This document shows positions 58,055 to 64,000 of a stretch of DNA of 64,000 nt, in pieces. The DNA is from Macrostomum lignano (Eukaryota). Below the pieces are notes generated by a model. The model searched no databases. It was not told the origin of the DNA and was given only the letters and a program-made list of their open reading frames with translations. Location: NCBI GenBank assembly GCA_002269645.1, contig NIVC01002523.1, forward strand, positions 100,967 through 164,966, read 5' to 3'. Both the position numbers and the translations under genes were made by a program. The stretch's first letter is position 1. Each line of letters begins with the position of its first letter.

Positions 58055-60710
58055 TCAGACTTCTTGTTCCACAACTTGCAGGGAATCTAACGTGACTGAC
58101 TCATTTTTGCTGTCACCTTCTTTACGGTCTGCCTGGCCTTCATTGTCTGAAGCTGCGTCCTGCTGTTTCGCTGGCGTCTTACTCCGCTGGAAAGCCGGGC
58201 GAAACAACTTGTAGAGAAATTCGATGAACTCGGCCATCAGAGTGAGTGTGATGCCCATGAACAGTGACAGGGCGCCGCCGCAGCTGCTGAGCATGTTGGC
58301 AATGCTGGTTAGGCGGACTTCCTGCTGGTAGGCGACCAGGCCGCTCTGCCGGCTGATGGTCAGCGAAGTCAGGTTGTTTTTAATTCGCTGAAAAAGCGCC
58401 GACGACTCGCGATAGTCGATGCCGCTCTCCGCCTCGCCCACCTGCGACATGGCCAGATAGAGCGGCAGGGCTTCGTCTCTATTGAGCAGCAGGTCGACAA
58501 TCCACCTCCATTGGAAGTCGTTGATATTCCAGGGCGCGAACGAGGCCTCGTACCGATATTCGGTGTGAGTGCAGGCCGGGCGGCTGCAGGACTCGCGGTT
58601 CCACTCGACTCTGCCCATGCAGCCGCCCCAGTCGGACATATCCAAATCGGTCCAGTTGATGCGTATGCACTGGTGATAGTCCCAGGCCAGCGGGTCCATT
58701 GTGCAGTTGCACTGACGTCGCAGCTCTTCGTCGTAGTTGAGGTACTTGCAGTCGTTCATGTTGTAGCTGTAGCCGCCCTGGTCACCGTGCTGTAGCTCTC
58801 TGTCTGAGCAGTTCAAGTACCTGCAATTGCGATTGTGCGTAGCCATTTACTACAACGTTAAAAAAAGGTTATTTCGCTATAGACGTGAAAAAATGGCACC
58901 TGTGCTGAATCGACGATACAAGCTAAAATCTTCCAAAGCAATGCTGTGTGACAAATAATTATGTCTATTTACATGATGTGCGACTTGAAATCCTAACTTA
59001 CCCTTTTTTCGTAAGTCATCATGTCCCAAGTTACCTTGAGCCCTTGGTTATCCAATTTGAGATCAGATTCTGAACCCCGCAAAAACGTATGAAATATGGT
59101 CTGAGAAAGCACTACTCTATATACTACAGTACATATGTAAATTGATTAGTCATTAAAACATCGCGTACTGTCTTAGGACGATTGCACTTTATTCTTAGAG
59201 CTATAGCGCAGAAAAAATCAAGTAATCATCACCTGGTGATGCTGGGTCTGAACCGGATCTCCGAATACCCGCCGCTCCGCACCAGCGTGGCGCCGTTGTC
59301 GATGTGCACCTTGCCATGCTCCCCTGCCGGATGCAATGCCAGTCGGATGCCGTCAGCCGACCAGAAGCCGCGCATGGCAAAGGCTCGATCCGCGACACCC
59401 GAGATGCTGGTGTTGAAGTCATCGGCCGCGTACCAGAGAAGCAGGTCGAGGCTGCGCATTTCGTTCATTTCCTCCCTAGACAAGGTGATCTCCAGCGTCT
59501 GGCACAGAAAGTAGCGCCAGTGGTAAAAGTCCATGACCCGCATGCCCCATAGTTCGGCGTCGTAACTCGAGCTAGGGTAGTCATCTGTTTCCACGTCCAT
59601 GCCGATGATGTCCATGTTAGATGCCAGACTGGTGGAACTGCCGTTAGCAAAATTTGCTCGGGCTGTTGCTATTTGACGAATCAGTGGTAGAGCCACCTCT
59701 TTGATGGCTGCCCGAGGAATCTGGGCCTGCAGGATTCGTTAGCATTTAGATATGCCATTAAATCTGTCACCTGCCCTTTACGAGTGACTCCAAACCAGGG
59801 ACGAAAATAATACAAAATTGGCGGGTTGGATTTACACCTCTTAATATGAAATAATGACGCTCTGGGCGACGTCGTACCACAACCAGCTCTGAGGCAATTC
59901 TGCCCATTCCGCTGACTCCTGAGCATACAAGACCGCCTATACTGTACGCAGGCACGCACTCATACTCACACTCACACAGCGGCTTTTTGACTTTGTAGTC
60001 GTCAGACATTTACACCATCTGTGCCTTGGTGGTTGGCCCTGGTGTGAATGGCTCGACAACCCCCTAGCCAGTTTTTGTGCACAAGCCCTAAATGAATGTA
60101 GCCGCGCAGGAATCGAACCAGGGCTTGTGACACAAGAGACAAACGCGTTTACCGCTGAGCCCCCTATACAGGACTCGAACAGTTATTGTAAATTATCTTG
60201 TAAGAAATGAACCATCACCTGATATGATCTGGCCGTGTCGAACCTAAGTAAGGCCATCTTGGCCTCTTCCAGCTCGTCCTCTGTCATATTGGTGGCGTTG
60301 CGGAAATGCCGATAAAGCAGGTCGGCCACCCGGCGGCTGTAAGACTGCGGCGTGGTTACCGAAGCGTTATGTCGCTCCATAGCCTGTCGCATCTGCTTAT
60401 GAGAGGAGTAGGTAGCCTCTCGACACACGGACACAGCTGGGAAGGGTACGTCAATGTCAAGCTGCTTGCTCTGCATCGCTGTGGAGTCCTTCTGATGCAA
60501 GTAGGTATCCACCACGGAGCTGATCTGGTAGAGCATCAGCGCCAGCGATCCAAGCAGGAATACGACCCAGAACAGGCGAAGGAAGCGAGTCTCCGATGTT
60601 GTGGTTCGTTTCAGTCCTCGCACAGATGAAGTCACCAGAAAATCGTTCCAATGCTTGCGCACCTCCCATCGCCGTCTGACTGAGCCGCCTGCATTGCTTC
60701 CGACTGTCAT
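58055..60710 (-). CDS. DEG/ENaC (amiloride-sensitive channel family) subunit; exons 60710-60219, 59726-59233, 58820-58055; about 583 aa from the first ATG (5' end uncertain, frame open to ~60870)
   Basis: M1 RLFWVVFLLGSLALMLYQI, signature PFPAVSVC, Cys-rich YNMNDC...QCNC, C..C..AC..TEY, M2 MLSSCGGALSLFMGITLTLMAEFIEF; junctions frame-consistent (phases 0,2). Confidence 0.88.
59888..60165 (-). mobile_element. tRNA-derived SINE family B copy in DEG/ENaC intron 1
   Basis: GGCTCAGCGGTAAAC...GGTTCGATTCC head and family 3' end CAGCGGAATGGGCAGAATTGCC. Confidence 0.72.
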
Positions 60711-62114
60711 TTCTGAATTTGGACGACAGTTCTTCTGGTTATAGTGCAGCGTCTGGACTAAAACGCGCCTCAAGGCTTGTGGGCCAGCTGGCTTGGGGGT
60801 GGTAAACCCTCTTGAGAGCCAGTGTCCCACTGATGGCGTCGCAGCGAAGTTTACTTCATATAAAAATGCTCAGCCCTCCGCTTTATATTGAATTTGTGCA
60901 GCAGCTGTTAAGATTGTAGAAGCGCCGTACCTTTACAAACTGCAAATTTAGCATAGTGTGGTTGTTTCTTATTTTCTAGTTTTTTTTCGGGGCGCGCAGT
61001 GCATTGCTTATGGTGATTCTTCTGGCAAAGCCTCCATTCTTTTTATAACCTATTATATTTTTCTTACCCATTCTTTTTTCAACCTAACCATTGTTGCATT
61101 TTCATTACCTCCAAAGCTCGCTCTGGGCGAAAAAAAATATGAAAATTTGCAGTTTGTGAACGTGCACCACTTGAGCCTATAATTTTGCTCTCATTGTTGG
61201 TGGTCTGCGCTTTCCTGCCGTGCCCACTGGCGATAAACAGGTAGCGTAGCTTCATAGGGTTTCGAATAATTGTTGGAATACCGTATTTCATTCCGCTATT
61301 GGGAGATCTGGATCAAAATGAGCGCCAGAACCGCCAACATTTAAAATACAACTGTGTTCTAGAAATTCATTCATAAATATTCGCTTTTTTATAACCTTTG
61401 AATGGGTTTTTCCATAGAAAAAATCCGTGTCTAAAAGTGCACAAAAACGACAGGAACCACTGAAATATCTCTCAGAACTTTGCCATGGCGTGCCGGTGTC
61501 TTCGATAGTATCTCTAAAAAACTTGCTTGACAAGCTTTTTATGCACTCTTAGAAGATTAAACATGCCTTTTGATGGAGCTATTTTTATAAATCACGAGGG
61601 CGAAGGTCTGGTAGGCAATGGTTTGAACAGTCATTGAGCATCTGTGCACCATTTTTGGGTTGAAAAGCAATTCTTTAATAGCTTTATTCTCCCACAAAGG
61701 ATTGAATTGCCGGCTCCTTGACTTAACTGTCTTGGAAAATGCTATATTAATTTAAGCTTACACTTCATTACACACCCACCGTTTCAGTTCGGGGTGGCCG
61801 ACAATTTCTACATCGCCAATGCAGTGCAGTACTTGAGCAATTCCAAGCAATGTTCTGTGGGATAATAATTCTGTTCTGGGACTGTGCACTACTGGCCTTG
61901 CAATGGACTATAGTGGAGGCTAGTTATAAACTAGCGCTGTCCTTAGTCCCTGTTCCGACCAAAGCTGCCATGTGTTACCCTACCAATTCATTAATGAGGC
62001 GGCAGCAGTTAAAGATGCACGCTTCTCAAATACACTTGTATGCAGACATCACTGCATCAAGTGTAATAGACTGGCTCTCTGCGTGTAAATGATGAAAACG
62101 TGAGAAATCAACGG

Positions 62115-62148
<34 letters not shown>

Positions 62149-63039
62149 GAGTACACCATTCTATAATGACAGACTCCGCTTAAATTTCCACATTCAATGG
62201 CAGCCGCATGGCACGACGAAACAGAAGTCAACTTCAATTTTGGTAAAATCCGATTTAATCCATGCGCGAGCCAAATCTTGACGGAATTTTTCTTGGTGTA
62301 CGGATTATCCGTACATCATCCGGATAGGGCCTATGTATATCCGGAGCCTTTGCCATAGACGAAATGGCTAGAAGAGAGTAAAAGTTATATGAGAGTCTCC
62401 AATCCATGTCCATGTCACTCCAGTTGAGTCAGCCACCCTTACTTGTTTCTATTCCGTCATTTTCCATACTCCATAACTGCAATACTTGAGCTACTTGAGC
62501 TTAGGGGTGTTTATGTGACACAATTCTAAAATGCATCATTTGCAGAAGTCCGAATGGTGTTGACGTACTGTTTGTTGTTTGTAACGCTATCTGCGAAGCA
62601 TTCAATGTGGGACGACGAAATGCAACGCTCTCTGTGCGCAATCGTCCAGCACACTCTCTGCTAACTCTGTCCCAGATGAATGGCATGTTGAGCAACGGAT
62701 ACCCGAACCAGCCGCACGTCTGTACATGCTGCTCTGTACACAACCAAGCTAGCTTGCGACAGACCCGCTGAGAGAAACTCGGTTGCTACGACTGCGATCG
62801 GACGCCATTTTGCAGACTATCTACCAACTATATAAAATGAGTAGTGAGTAAAGCGACTAAAACTGCTCAGTTTTATTTTTCTATAGTCGCAGTAAACTAG
62901 ATTTGTTAATGGACTCTTGCTCAGTGTAGTCGATGCACTCTCAAACTCGCCAATTCTTTTTAGAAATTCTACAGCACTGGAGGCTTGCAAGCAAGTAATA
63001 CGAGTTATGTTCCAGCATATATGTACTTACATATGGAGT

Positions 63040-63632
63040 GAGTCAGGAGCTGTGACAGAGTGAGTCAGGAGCTGTGACAGAGTGAGTCAGGAGCTGTGAC
63101 AGAGTTAGCCAGGAGCTGTGACAGAGTTAGCCAGGAGCTGTGACAGAGTTAGCCAGGAGCTGTGACAGAGTGAGTCAGGAGCTGTGACAGAGTGAGTCAG
63201 GAGCTGTGACAGAGTGAGTCAGGAGCTGTGACAGAGTGAGTCAGGAGCTGTGACAGAGTGAGTCAGGAGCTGTGACAGAGTGAGTCAGGAGCTGTGACAG
63301 AGTTAGCAGGAGCTGTGACAGAGTGAGTCAGGAGCTGTGACAGAGTGAGCCAGGAGCTGTGACAGAGTGAGTCAGGAGCTGTGACAGAGTGAGTCAGGAG
63401 CTGTGACAGAGTGAGTCAGGAGCTGTGACAGAGTGAGTCAGGAGCTGTGACAGAGTGAGTCAGGAGCTGTGACAGAGTTAGCCAGGAGCTGTGACAGAGT
63501 GAGTCAGGAGCTGTGACAGAGTGAGCCAGGAGCTGTGACAGAGTGAGTCAGGAGCTGTGACAGAGTGAGTCAGGAGCTGTGACAGAGTGAGTCAGGAGCT
63601 GTGACAGAGTGAGTCAGGAGCTGTGACAGAGT
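63040..63632. repeat. Minisatellite, 22-bp unit GAGTGAGTCAGGAGCTGTGACA
   Basis: About 26 copies. Confidence 0.95.
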
Positions 63633-63634
63633 GA

Positions 63635-64000
63635 ATCACCGAAATGTCGATCAAGAAGCGATACGAACTGACTGGACTGGCTGATTTTAGTGACTTCGAA
63701 AGTTTGCCTCGTGGTGGACGGCGGCAGCTTTCACAACGGAGTAAATGTGCCACAGCAGCACGTGCAGAGCCACCTGAAGTGTCAAGGTGCTGCCACCGTA
63801 CTCCCCGTTCCTTGATATCGTGGAGGAGGCTCACTCCTTGAAGGAGGCAATCAAAGGAACTCTGACACAGCTTGGAATGCAGAGAGAATTGGACTCCCTG
63901 TACAGTGCGAATGCTGGTGACACGCAGAGTGGCCGAGGAGGCGACAGCGGAGGTCACAGCCGCTGCATGCTTCGTAAAAAGTGCAAAAATGGACTATGTG
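63635..64000 (+). pseudogene. Frameshifted relic of a Tc1/IS630-type DDE transposase C-terminus
   Basis: VCLVVDGGSFH (63702, one frame), then VLPPYSPFLDIVEEAHSLKEAIK (63787, another frame), then RVAEEATAEVTAAAC in a third; resembles the DNAxxH...LPPYSPxLNPIE motif. Confidence 0.65.

Noticed and set aside
62500-62820. GC-richer segment with a short ATG ORF (MASDRSRSNRVSLSGSVAS) as a possible first exon of the DEG/ENaC gene
   Set aside because: No convincing donor giving the phase needed to join the acceptor candidate at 60830; unsupported without cDNA.

Overview
Eukaryotic (metazoan) genomic DNA: GC-rich exons with poly-Ala/Gln/Gly tracts, separated by AT-rich introns packed with minisatellites and SINE/MITE relics. 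The style suggests a free-living flatworm such as Macrostomum, but that is inference. Eight protein-coding genes were reconstructed by hand with frame-consistent GT-AG junctions. Minus strand: TMF1 (runs off the left edge), TIMELESS, an intronless synaptobrevin/VAMP, EFL1 and a DEG/ENaC channel subunit. Plus strand: intronless NFU1, an intronless Myc-like bHLH-Zip gene and a 14-exon ASK1/MAP3K5-15 kinase. Main hidden signals: (1) a five-copy box H/ACA guide-RNA family in and upstream of TIMELESS, supported by compensatory stem changes, whose 3' pocket fits U2 snRNA U34; (2) minimal hammerhead ribozymes in a Penelope-like direct-plus-inverted repeat in an ASK1 intron, plus a degenerate one in a TMF1 intron; (3) a truncated Myc-like factor; (4) a DEG/ENaC subunit with altered HG and GxS pore motifs. 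No prokaryotic features or CRISPR arrays. All alignments and folds were done by eye; no database searches were run.
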